IMG/VR virus record: IMGVR_UViG_3300026250_000242
Length of the DNA: 20,000 nucleotides
From: an uncultured virus (IMG/VR IMGVR_UViG_3300026250_000242)
Taxonomy: Duplodnaviria > Heunggongvirae > Uroviricota > Caudoviricetes
Strand: one strand, 5' to 3'
This document shows, one piece after another, positions 1 through 8,338 of this stretch. Numbering within the stretch: position 1 is the stretch's first letter; each line of letters opens with the position of its first letter. Under the pieces are notes generated by a model. It did no database searches and was not told where the DNA came from. It worked only from the letters and a program-made list of their open reading frames with translations. A program made the translations under genes and the position numbers.

Positions 1-1
1 C

Positions 2-772
2 TGGACGGGCGTCTGGCTGGCGATGAGCAATCCCGGCGAGCAGCCCGAGGAATCCAAGCGCGAATGCAACGAGCCGACGTGCCTCGACTGCGAGGACAAA
101 CTCGAACACAAGAGCCATCCTCACGACGACAAGGAACACAAGAAATACCACCAGCATCCGCCCTATACCTGCCCGCGATTCCGGGTGCTGATGAAATCCG
201 AGACCGGCCACACGATTCTCTGCGACGACAAGGACGAGGAGGAGTGTTTCAAGGTCATCGACCGAGCCGGGCAGATTCTCCATTTCGAGAGCAAGGTCAA
301 GCGGCCGATGCAGGTCGCCAACGCCCTGCGCCGGGGAACGAAGGACGCCGAACGCGGCGACCAGCTCGACCTCATGACCATGCTGCAGGGCCAGCGCTCG
401 AAGATCGAAATTACCGACCTGGCGCGGCAGTACGTGCGATGGGAAGCATGGCAGGACAACGAGAAGATTCACATCCAGTCCTGCGACCGGATGCGCGCTC
501 GCTGGCAGAAAATCCTGATCGATACGACCAAGGGCCGCGAGAAGGTCCATGTCTGGGGCCTCAACGGCATGCAGGAAATCCTGATCGATTCGACGGCGGG
601 CATGGAGAAGATCGAATTGCGCGACAAGGCGGGTCAGTTCGTCGTGATGAACGCGGCGGCAGGCGCCGAACACATCCGCGCCACCGACAAGTCCGGCAGC
701 ATCGTCTTCATGGACGCCGTGGCAGGCAACATCATCGTCAATTCCTCGAACATGGTCTTCATCAATCCATAG
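2..772 (+). CDS. Baseplate central spike protein (gpV/gp5/VgrG C-terminal-like), 5'-truncated
   Basis: The frame is open from base 2 (WTGVWLA-MSNPGE), which resembles the end of the gpV/gp5 OB-fold. It continues with KSETGHTILCDD and 21-22-aa beta repeats (QKILIDTTKGREKV / QEILIDSTAGMEKI / QFVVMNAAAGAEHI). It lies upstream of the PAAR gene. Confidence 0.7.
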   Translation, partial: WTGVWLAMSNPGEQPEESKRECNEPTCLDCEDKLEHKSHPHDDKEHKKYHQHPPYTCPRFRVLMKSETGHTILCDDKDEEECFKVIDRAGQILHFESKVKRPMQVANALRRGTKDAERGDQLDLMTMLQGQRSKIEITDLARQYVRWEAWQDNEKIHIQSCDRMRARWQKILIDTTKGREKVHVWGLNGMQEILIDSTAGMEKIELRDKAGQFVVMNAAAGAEHIRATDKSGSIVFMDAVAGNIIVNSSNMVFINP

Positions 773-781
773 GAGCGCCGC

Positions 782-1546
782 ATGGAACCGAGAGTCTCGA
801 TTGTCATGACCGTCCACAACGCCGGGAAATATCTGCGAGAAGCCATTGGCAGCGTGCTGGCGCAGACCTTCCGCGAATTCGAACTGATCGTCTGGGACGA
901 CGGCTCGACGGACCATTCACACGATATCGCACGCCAACTCGCCGCTTCCGATGAACGGCTTCACGTCATCGACTCAGAGCATAAGGGACGCGGTCCGGCC
1001 CTGGCCGAAGCCTGCGCCCTGGCGCGGGGCGAGTTTCTGGGTGTCGTGGACGCCGACGATCTGCTGGAGCCGACCGCCCTGGAGGAATGCGTCGCCCATC
1101 TGGACGCGCATCCGGATGCGGGGATGGTCTACACGGACCACTTGATCATCGACGCCGACGGCAACCCGCGCGGCCTGGGCCACCGCTGCCGCATTCCCTA
1201 TTCAAACGACCGGCTGCTGCTGAATTTCATGACGTTCCATTTCCGGCTGATCCGGAAGCACGTCTACGAACAGGCGGGCGGCTTCGACGCCTCGTATCCT
1301 ATGGCGATGGACTACGACCTCTGCCTGCGCCTCTCCGAGATGACCCGGATCGATCACCTGAAGCGTCCGCTCTACCGCTACCGGCGCCGCCGCGACAGCC
1401 TGTCCGCGACCCGCCGCATCGAGCAGGCGCAGTGTTCGCACCGGGCGATCAACGCCGCGCTCGAACGGCGCGGCATGGCCGGGGAATACGTCTGCGATCT
1501 CGAAATCCAGACCCGCTACCGCTTACGGAGGACCCAGCATGGCTAG
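782..1546 (+). CDS. Glycosyltransferase family 2 (GT-A fold), soluble
   Basis: VSIVMTVHN..YLREAIGSVLAQT, WDDGSTD, DADD (DxD), GGFD and DYDL motifs. AGGAG RBS at 771-775. Confidence 0.93.
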   Translation: MEPRVSIVMTVHNAGKYLREAIGSVLAQTFREFELIVWDDGSTDHSHDIARQLAASDERLHVIDSEHKGRGPALAEACALARGEFLGVVDADDLLEPTALEECVAHLDAHPDAGMVYTDHLIIDADGNPRGLGHRCRIPYSNDRLLLNFMTFHFRLIRKHVYEQAGGFDASYPMAMDYDLCLRLSEMTRIDHLKRPLYRYRRRRDSLSATRRIEQAQCSHRAINAALERRGMAGEYVCDLEIQTRYRLRRTQHG

Positions 1547-1805
1547 ACCGCAAGCGCGTCTCGGTGACGCCACCAGCCACGGCGGCGTGATCGTCACCGG
1601 CGCGTCGCGCACTTTCGTCAACGGGCGTCCTCTGGCGCGGCTGGGCGATCTGCACGCCTGCCCGATCCCCGGTCACGGCGTGAACCCCATCGTGACAGGC
1701 AGCCCGGACACCTTTACCGAAGGCCGCCCCAACGCCCGGATCGGCGACGCGACGGCCTGCGGAGCGGTCATCGTGACGGGCAGCCCGGACACCACGGACA
1801 ACTGA
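1539..1805 (+). CDS. PAAR-repeat spike tip protein
   Basis: Three PAAR-like repeats (PQARLGD, PLARLGD, PNARIGD) with His/Cys metal ligands (SHGG, HACPIPGH, ACG). Confidence 0.95.
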   Translation: MARPQARLGDATSHGGVIVTGASRTFVNGRPLARLGDLHACPIPGHGVNPIVTGSPDTFTEGRPNARIGDATACGAVIVTGSPDTTDN

Positions 1806-1815
1806 GGAGCCCCGC

Positions 1816-2139
1816 ATGGCGATCATCGATTTGCTCAACATCCACTACTGGGACGTCTTCCCCAGGAAGATCAAAATCTCGGTTTCCGCATGGGAACGGT
1901 CCGTGCCGCTCTCCATCCGGGGCGCTTCCATCGAATATCCCGAGTTCGAGAGCGCCGACTCGACCATCGCCTGGGTCGATTCGGACGGCGTGGTGCATCT
2001 GGGGCTTCAGGCCGGGGCCACGATGATCATGGTCTATGACTCGTGGGAGCGCACCAGCGTGCGTTACGTCGAGGTCGAGGTGATCGACCCGGCGGTCGCG
2101 GCGGCTCCGGTCTGGATGGCCTGGGAGGAACAGTCATGA
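1816..2139 (+). CDS. Hypothetical small beta-rich (Ig-like) structural protein
   Basis: GAGGAG RBS. FESADSTIAWVDSDGVV..G.T.I.V pattern resembles Big_2/Ig-like domains. ATGA overlap with the next gene. Confidence 0.6.
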   Translation: MAIIDLLNIHYWDVFPRKIKISVSAWERSVPLSIRGASIEYPEFESADSTIAWVDSDGVVHLGLQAGATMIMVYDSWERTSVRYVEVEVIDPAVAAAPVWMAWEEQS

Positions 2140-3236
2140 CCCGGAACCCTTTCGTCGGGCGGCACTGCTTTGGCCGCCACATCACGCAGATCATGCGCGA
2201 CATCAATCGGATCGAATATTCGCTCAACAGCGCGGGCAGCGACGTCGACGTCATGATCATCGTCGATATCTCGGGCAGCATGGGATCGGTGATCCAGACC
2301 GTGAAGGACCAGGTGGGGCGCATCTTCTCCGAGGTCCTCGAAGTCTACAGCGGCGTTCGCGTGGGTCTGATGCAGCAGGGCGTGGATGGCAACTCCAATG
2401 ATCCAACCTATGGCCGCAGGGCCTTGATCCTGTGTCAGCCGACACGCGACCACCAAGTATTCGGCGCGGCGACCGCCGCCATGCCGAGCGCCTCGGGCGG
2501 CAGCGAGTGGTATCTGAACGCGATGGAACTGGCGGCGGACCAGGCCGCATGGAATTCCGGCTCCCAGAAACTGCTGATCACGATCGGCGACGAGGTGGCC
2601 AATCAGTATCGAAACGGCACCTCGAACATCACGACGATGGCGCGTTTCGAGGAGACCATCGCCTATCTGCAGGCGCGCGGAGTGATTTCCAGCATGATCT
2701 GCCCGCGCACGTCCTCCTGGTATTCCTGCCAGAACACCTACACGCAAATGGCCGAAGCGACCGGAGGGCGCTGGCTTGTCGCGCCGACGGACGAGGAAAT
2801 CGTCGCCATGATTGTCGCGATGATCGGCTACTACGCCTTTTCGCAGACACGCTGGAATCGCTATGAGAGGTTCGGGCAGAGGGCGTCTCTGGGTGCACCG
2901 GATGGCGGTCAGGCTGTTCCGGCCCTGGACGCCATCGACGGGGCTCCGCTCTGCCCCCAATATATCCATGACCTCCGCGCGGCGGTGGAGCGAATCGTGG
3001 CGCAACAGCGGCTGATGACGTCCGACGGAGCGGTCTACGACTGGACGCTTGGTAGTCCGAACAACCTCCTCGCTTTCGCGCTTGGCGACGGCGCCGCCTA
3101 CGGACTGAAGGCCACCCCTTCAGACTGGCGGCGGAGTCTTGCCGGGATGACCGGCTCGCCACCCTGTGGCATCGACATCGGCGAAGTGTTCGAGTGCGTG
3201 CGACTTCTCAAAATCGCGGCGGGAGTGAACCCATGA
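2136..3236 (+). CDS. von Willebrand factor A (VWA) domain protein
   Basis: Start refined to ATG 2136 (GGAGG RBS, ATGA overlap). VDVMIIVDISGSM (MIDAS DxSxS), VRVGLM, GGSE and KLLITIGDE motifs. Confidence 0.85.
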   Translation: MTRNPFVGRHCFGRHITQIMRDINRIEYSLNSAGSDVDVMIIVDISGSMGSVIQTVKDQVGRIFSEVLEVYSGVRVGLMQQGVDGNSNDPTYGRRALILCQPTRDHQVFGAATAAMPSASGGSEWYLNAMELAADQAAWNSGSQKLLITIGDEVANQYRNGTSNITTMARFEETIAYLQARGVISSMICPRTSSWYSCQNTYTQMAEATGGRWLVAPTDEEIVAMIVAMIGYYAFSQTRWNRYERFGQRASLGAPDGGQAVPALDAIDGAPLCPQYIHDLRAAVERIVAQQRLMTSDGAVYDWTLGSPNNLLAFALGDGAAYGLKATPSDWRRSLAGMTGSPPCGIDIGEVFECVRLLKIAAGVNP

Positions 3237-4240
3237 TTGGATATGGATACGGCAGCGGACCGCTGATCGAGGAGACTAGCAGCGCCGAGCATCATTACGA
3301 ACTCATGGCGCTGGCGCGCGTTCTGGCCGAGGGGCTGGGGTTGCTGCGGGACGGCCAGGACGGCGTTTCCTACCTGGAGGAAATCCGGGACCGGATGTCG
3401 TCCGCCGGCGGGTCGGTCCCCGAAGGGCTGGAGACGATTCTTGAGGGCATTCACGGTGAACTGACCCAGATGCGGACCATCCTGCAGGCCGGGCACAACG
3501 CGAGCGAGGCCATCCGGCAGGAGGCGCAGTCGGTGCTCGATGCCCACGCCGAGGCCGCGCAGAACTACATGGGCCAGGTGCAGACGCAGCCCGAGCCGGA
3601 CTGGTATCCCTTCGAGTCGGTTCCTGTGGGAACGAGCGTGCGCGATCTGGAAAGCGGCGGGCGGCTATTCGGACTGCCGAACGCCGACCAGGTGCGGGTC
3701 AATGCCGACGGCACGATGGTCTTCATCGGCGCGGATGGCGAGGCGCATCCCCTCCCTCCGCCCGTCAATCGTCAGGTCGCGCTTCCGGGCGGACTGGTCC
3801 TGATCCTGCGCGCCGAGGCGGTGCGCGTCACGCACGAGGCGGCGATGATCGAGGGGCTGCCGTGGGACGCGACGCCGGAGCAGGTGGCCGCCGAACGCTA
3901 CTCGGTCGCATTGCCGGGCGGTATCCGGCTGGATGTCAACCACGCCGAACACTCCGCCACGGTCATCAACCCCACGGGCACGGTCGTGCTGCTCAGTCTG
4001 CAGCGCATCGAGGGCATTGGCGAGGATGTCGAGATTCGCCTCATCGCGGGCGGCGCCAAGAGTTTCGCGGCGCTCGAATCCGGTCATCGCGGCATCATCG
4101 AGTCCGGTGGAACCATTCATCTGGGCCTTTCCAACGGCCTGGACTTGGTCATCCGGTTCCCAGCGGGTTCGTCGTCAGGCAGCGGCAGCTCTGGATGTGA
4201 TAGCGTGTGCGGGATCGATTGTCAGGAGCGCACGCCATGA
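3233..4240 (+). CDS. Hypothetical protein (helical N-terminus, repetitive beta C-terminus, Cys-rich tail)
   Basis: ATG 3233 overlaps the VWA stop (ATGA) and the stop overlaps the gp25 start. Codon pattern matches the operon. Confidence 0.7.
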   Translation: MIGYGYGSGPLIEETSSAEHHYELMALARVLAEGLGLLRDGQDGVSYLEEIRDRMSSAGGSVPEGLETILEGIHGELTQMRTILQAGHNASEAIRQEAQSVLDAHAEAAQNYMGQVQTQPEPDWYPFESVPVGTSVRDLESGGRLFGLPNADQVRVNADGTMVFIGADGEAHPLPPPVNRQVALPGGLVLILRAEAVRVTHEAAMIEGLPWDATPEQVAAERYSVALPGGIRLDVNHAEHSATVINPTGTVVLLSLQRIEGIGEDVEIRLIAGGAKSFAALESGHRGIIESGGTIHLGLSNGLDLVIRFPAGSSSGSGSSGCDSVCGIDCQERTP

Positions 4241-4644
4241 ATCTCGACTTTCTCGGCAAGGGACTCAAGTATCCCTTTCGCTTTCAGAAACGGTCGGGCG
4301 GGGCGCAGATCTCGACGGTCACCTCGCACGAGCACGCCCATATCCATGAGAGCATCCTGCAGATTCTCGGCACGCGCCCAGGCGAGCGGTTCATGAACCC
4401 CGAGTTCGGCTCGCGGCTCAAGGACCTGGTGTTCGAGCAGAACGACGAGGTGGTCAAGGCGCTCGTGCGGCATTACGTGATCGACGCCGTCAAACGCTGG
4501 GAGAAGCGCGTCGTCATCACCGGCGTCGAGTTCGACGACGCGCCCGAGAGCAAGGACCGCAACCTGCTCCTCGTCCGCATCAACTACCGCGTGATTCAGT
4601 CGCAGGTCGAGGGCAACCTCGTCTATCCCTTCTATCGCAAATAG
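4237..4644 (+). CDS. Baseplate wedge protein gp25/GPW family
   Basis: FLGKGLKYPF..IHESILQILGTRPGERFMNPEFGSRL..LVFE..WEKRV..NLVYPFY signature. Start refined to ATG 4237. Confidence 0.95.
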   Translation: MNLDFLGKGLKYPFRFQKRSGGAQISTVTSHEHAHIHESILQILGTRPGERFMNPEFGSRLKDLVFEQNDEVVKALVRHYVIDAVKRWEKRVVITGVEFDDAPESKDRNLLLVRINYRVIQSQVEGNLVYPFYRK

Positions 4645-4743
4645 CGCGGGCCATCCGACAGTTTCACGATTCTTCCGGTAAGTAACCACTGAGGGCCGTC
4701 CGGTCGCGGGCGGCGATCAGCAACAGGAAGAAACGGAGCAGGC

Positions 4744-6153
4744 ATGGGCCGCGCAAGCGTCAGTTACACCAACAAAGATTACGAGTCACTCCGGCGCGAG
4801 CTGCTGGACCGCGTGCCGCAGCTGACCGACCGCTGGACCGACTTCAACGCCTCGGACCTGGGCGTTGTGCTGCTGGAACTCTTCTGCGGCGTCGGCGACA
4901 TGCTGGCCTATTACCTCGACGCGCAGGCCGCAGAAGCCTTTCTGCCGACAGCCCGTCAGCGGCAAAGCGTCATCAACCTGTGCAAGCTCATCAACTACCG
5001 TCTCGATACGCCCGTCGCCGCGACGACTTCGATTCGGTTCTCTCTCTCCGCCGCCCTGGACGCCGACCTGACCATTCCCGCCGGGACGGCCTGCCGGGCC
5101 TTGCTCGACGACGGGCAGGCCGACTTCGAAACGGTGGAGGATGCGATCATCCCGCGCGGCGCCCTTTCGGCGCAGGTGGGCGCGCGACAGGGCGTTCGCA
5201 AGACCGAGACGTTCAGCGGAACCGGGGAGCCGTGGCAGAAGGTCATTCTCTCCGGCAAGGCCGTCGCGCAGGGCTGCCTGCGCGTGTGCGTGGACGGCGA
5301 GGACTGGAGCGAGGTCCATCACTTTCAGGACAGCAACGCGGACAGCCCGCATTTCCTGCCGGAAACCGACCATCTCGATACGACCGCGATTTCCTTCGGC
5401 GACGGCAAGCACGGCGCAATCCCGGCCAACGGAGCCGACATCGAAGTCTCCTGGTTGGAGACGCTGGGCGCGGAGGGCAACCTCGCCGCGAACCTTGCTA
5501 CCAACCTGCTCGATCCCATTTATCTCGACGGCCAGCGCGTTCAACTGAGCGTCACCAATCCCGTCCCCGCCACGGGCGGCGCGGATCGCGAAGCGCTCGA
5601 TCACGCAAGGCGACAGGCTCCGGCGGAGCTGCGAGCCCTGTGGAAGGCCGTCACCAAGGAAGACTACAAGGCGCTGGCCGAAGGCTATCCGGGCGTCGCG
5701 AAGGCCGAGGTGCTCGACACCAACGATTGCACGAATATCCGCTACTACAACGTACATCTTGCCATCGCGCCGAGTGGCGGCGGGCAGCCCTCGCCGCTCC
5801 TCAAGGAGGAACTGGCGCAGCATCTGGAGGAACTCAAGGTCATCACCGTGGAGGTGAACCTGTTCGACCCGATCTACCGGGCGATCCGGATCGACGCCGA
5901 GGTGTTCGCCTGGCCGGGTGAGGACCTGGACCTCGTGCGCAGCCGAATCGAGTCGGGCCTGACGGACTTCTTCGCCTTCGACCAGGTTTCGTTCGGACAG
6001 TCGGTTCATTTTTCCGACATCGTCGCGCTGCTCGACGGGACGCGCGGCGTGAGCCACGTGCGCATGTACGCGCCGCAGGATGACATCGTCCTCAAACGCG
6101 GCGAGATTCCCGTCCTCGGCGAGGTTCACCTCGACATGCGGAGGGCCGGATAA
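4744..6153 (+). CDS. Baseplate J/gp47 (T4 gp6-like) wedge protein
   Basis: YTNKDYESLR..WTDFNASDLGVVLLEL..EAFLPTA, FGDGKHGAIP, GGADRE and AVTKEDY motifs. Confidence 0.95.
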   Translation: MGRASVSYTNKDYESLRRELLDRVPQLTDRWTDFNASDLGVVLLELFCGVGDMLAYYLDAQAAEAFLPTARQRQSVINLCKLINYRLDTPVAATTSIRFSLSAALDADLTIPAGTACRALLDDGQADFETVEDAIIPRGALSAQVGARQGVRKTETFSGTGEPWQKVILSGKAVAQGCLRVCVDGEDWSEVHHFQDSNADSPHFLPETDHLDTTAISFGDGKHGAIPANGADIEVSWLETLGAEGNLAANLATNLLDPIYLDGQRVQLSVTNPVPATGGADREALDHARRQAPAELRALWKAVTKEDYKALAEGYPGVAKAEVLDTNDCTNIRYYNVHLAIAPSGGGQPSPLLKEELAQHLEELKVITVEVNLFDPIYRAIRIDAEVFAWPGEDLDLVRSRIESGLTDFFAFDQVSFGQSVHFSDIVALLDGTRGVSHVRMYAPQDDIVLKRGEIPVLGEVHLDMRRAG

Positions 6154-7721
6154 TGCCCCCGTATTTCGAACACAAATTAATCGACTTGCTGCCGCCCCTC
6201 TATCGCATCGAGGACGAAAGCGGCGACCTGCAATCTTTTCTGAATGTTACGGCGCCCACGCTCGACGAACTCATGGAACTGATCGACCGGTTCCCGCAGA
6301 TCTTCGACGTGGATGTGTGCGAGGAGCGATGGCTTCCGTACCTGGCGAATCTCGTCGGCATGCCCTTCGACGGCACGGCGGACCCAGTGGCGCAACGGCG
6401 GCTCATCAAGGAGGCCGTTTCGATCTACCAGCGCAAGGCGACCATCCCGGCGATCCGTCGGTCGCTCACGGACATCGGCTGGTCGGGCGAACTGGAGGAG
6501 ACCTTCCGCCGGGCGCTGCGACTGAACAGCCGACCCGTGCTGAACGGCTCCAAACTCCCCGGCCTGATTCACAGCCTCGGCGTCTATCGCGTCATTTGCC
6601 TGAATCAGACCGGCGGCTTGCGCGACGCGCTGACTTTCCATCATCCGGCGGGAACCCGCGCCTACTTCTGGCAGTGGTTCTTCTCGCGCGTCTCGCACGC
6701 CGAGGACCTGACCGCGCTCGAAAAACTGATGGTCCGATACATCCTCTTCGGCAGCATCGACGAGACCTTCGCGCTCAATCGCACCCCGCTGGGACGCTGT
6801 TTCCACCTCACGCGCAAGCAGAAGGCCTTCAGTTACCTTCAGTTGAACTCCGGGACGACGCTCCGGCCCGATTACGACTACGCCTCGGTTTGCTTCGCCT
6901 CGTGGCACGGACGCGGCGACCGGATGCGGCTCAATCGCAAATCGCTCAACAGCCGGATGCTCGCCAACTGCTGGGAGAGCGAGCGCAAATACGCGATCTG
7001 CTGCGAAATCCAGGCGCGGCGGCAACCGCCCGAGCGGCCCGTTCCGATGATCCTCAACCGACGCGATCTCGGCGCGGCATTGCTCAATCACGCGAACATT
7101 CCCTGCCGGGTGCGCTTCAAGCAGAAGGACTATTACGGCGAGTCGGCCCCGCTTGGTCTGGACACGGCGGCTGACGGCAGGACTGTCCGTCGCTCGGGCG
7201 ACTCCCGCCTCAGCCGTTGGTTCCGGGTGAATCGCTCCCGCGTCTCGGGCGGCGATCACCTGACCGGCAAATTCAAGGCCTCGATGTTCTTCTCGGCCTG
7301 CTTCGCCGATTCGCAGTGGGGCGAGGTGACTGAAGCCTGGGACGTGGTCGACCGCTGGCGGCGGCGCGGTCCGACCTTCACGCTCAACGCGAACGCACTA
7401 AACAACCGTTATCTGACCGATGCCAACCTCACCGAGGAACGGGCGTCGTTCGAGCTGCGCACCGACACCGGCGCGCCGCGCAGACGCCGCACGCAGCCGC
7501 TACGGCTCAATCAGCGGCACCTGAATCACACGGGACTGCGGCTCTCGGTCAATCGCAGCCATCCCATGCGACTGGGCCGCATGGCGCTCAACCAGTCCGG
7601 CCCGCGGCTGGCGCGGCCCGACCTCGTCTGGCGATTCCGCCAGAAGGACGAACACGCCCCGGCGAGCGCGGGCTTCGATGCCGCCGCGAACCATCTCCGC
7701 GTCACCCGGTGGCCGGCATAA
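6153..7721 (+). CDS. Tail/baseplate protein with P2 gpI-like N-terminus and repetitive basic C-terminal extension
   Basis: LLPPLYR..D..GDL..FL, WLPYLANLVG, RRLIKEAVSIYQRKAT and HPAGT motifs. TAATG coupling to baseplate J. Confidence 0.85.
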   Translation: MPPYFEHKLIDLLPPLYRIEDESGDLQSFLNVTAPTLDELMELIDRFPQIFDVDVCEERWLPYLANLVGMPFDGTADPVAQRRLIKEAVSIYQRKATIPAIRRSLTDIGWSGELEETFRRALRLNSRPVLNGSKLPGLIHSLGVYRVICLNQTGGLRDALTFHHPAGTRAYFWQWFFSRVSHAEDLTALEKLMVRYILFGSIDETFALNRTPLGRCFHLTRKQKAFSYLQLNSGTTLRPDYDYASVCFASWHGRGDRMRLNRKSLNSRMLANCWESERKYAICCEIQARRQPPERPVPMILNRRDLGAALLNHANIPCRVRFKQKDYYGESAPLGLDTAADGRTVRRSGDSRLSRWFRVNRSRVSGGDHLTGKFKASMFFSACFADSQWGEVTEAWDVVDRWRRRGPTFTLNANALNNRYLTDANLTEERASFELRTDTGAPRRRRTQPLRLNQRHLNHTGLRLSVNRSHPMRLGRMALNQSGPRLARPDLVWRFRQKDEHAPASAGFDAAANHLRVTRWPA

Positions 7722-7734
7722 CGGAGGAAAATGA

Positions 7735-8328
7735 ATGGCAATCCATCTCTATCTCGACGCCGCGCTGACGCAGCCTATTTCCGAAGGCGACGGCTCCAAC
7801 CCCGACGCCGACAACTACAACGGCACCGATGGCGAGTCCAAGGATCGCCAGATCTGGATCGCCAACGAACAGACCTTGCTGGTCGGCGCGATAGGCGATT
7901 CCCAAGTCGGTCTAACCCTCGACGAGGCTCGCTTCACGGACGGCGAAATCATCATCGTCGATGCCGAGCAGATGCAGGTTCAGTCCGGCGGCGGCACGAC
8001 CGCGCCGACCGTCTCCCGTGGCTACGGCGGCACGACGCCCGCCGCGCACGCGGACGGAACGACAGTCTACTCGGGCTACGAATACACCGGTTTGGCCGTG
8101 GACCCGGTCGACGAGGACGGTTCGGACGAATCGGACTGGTACACGCTGGCTCTGACGCAAGCTGAACTCGACGCCGCCACGCCGGGCGCCGCGCTCAATC
8201 TCGGCGACAAGGCCCACGACCAGACGCTGACCTTCTGGCGGCGCTGCACGGTGCCGCCGGATACCCCCGTCCAGAACAAACTCGATCTCAAACTGCGCCT
8301 GACCGGCACCGAAGCGCCGATTCTCTAG
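7735..8328 (+). CDS. Hypothetical acidic tail-associated structural protein
   Basis: GGAGG RBS. Contains the TVSRGYGGTTPAAHADGTTV motif common in phage tail proteins. Confidence 0.75.
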   Translation: MAIHLYLDAALTQPISEGDGSNPDADNYNGTDGESKDRQIWIANEQTLLVGAIGDSQVGLTLDEARFTDGEIIIVDAEQMQVQSGGGTTAPTVSRGYGGTTPAAHADGTTVYSGYEYTGLAVDPVDEDGSDESDWYTLALTQAELDAATPGAALNLGDKAHDQTLTFWRRCTVPPDTPVQNKLDLKLRLTGTEAPIL

Positions 8329-8338
8329 GAGGAACCCC

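Noticed and set aside
1688..1793. 25-bp direct repeat CATCGTGAC(A/G)GGCAGCCCGGACACC at 1688-1712 and 1769-1793
   Set aside because: In-frame copies of IVTGSPDT that reflect PAAR internal symmetry. Only two copies, so not a CRISPR array or att site.
2043..2135. Upstream extensions of ORF-track starts (2043, 3194, 4207)
   Set aside because: ATGA-overlap starts with purine-rich RBS-like sequences at 2136, 3233 and 4237 fit better.
4786..6129. 447-aa antisense ORF, and similar ones at 2064-3005, 6177-7259, 8288-9370 and 9406-10617
   Set aside because: Antisense shadows of real + strand genes caused by codon bias. They have no domain signatures.
1..6153. Type VI secretion system (spike + PAAR + gp25/TssE-like)
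   Set aside because: No TssF/G/K, membrane complex or ClpV. Baseplate J, gpI-like and DUF4815 genes point to a phage-type tail.
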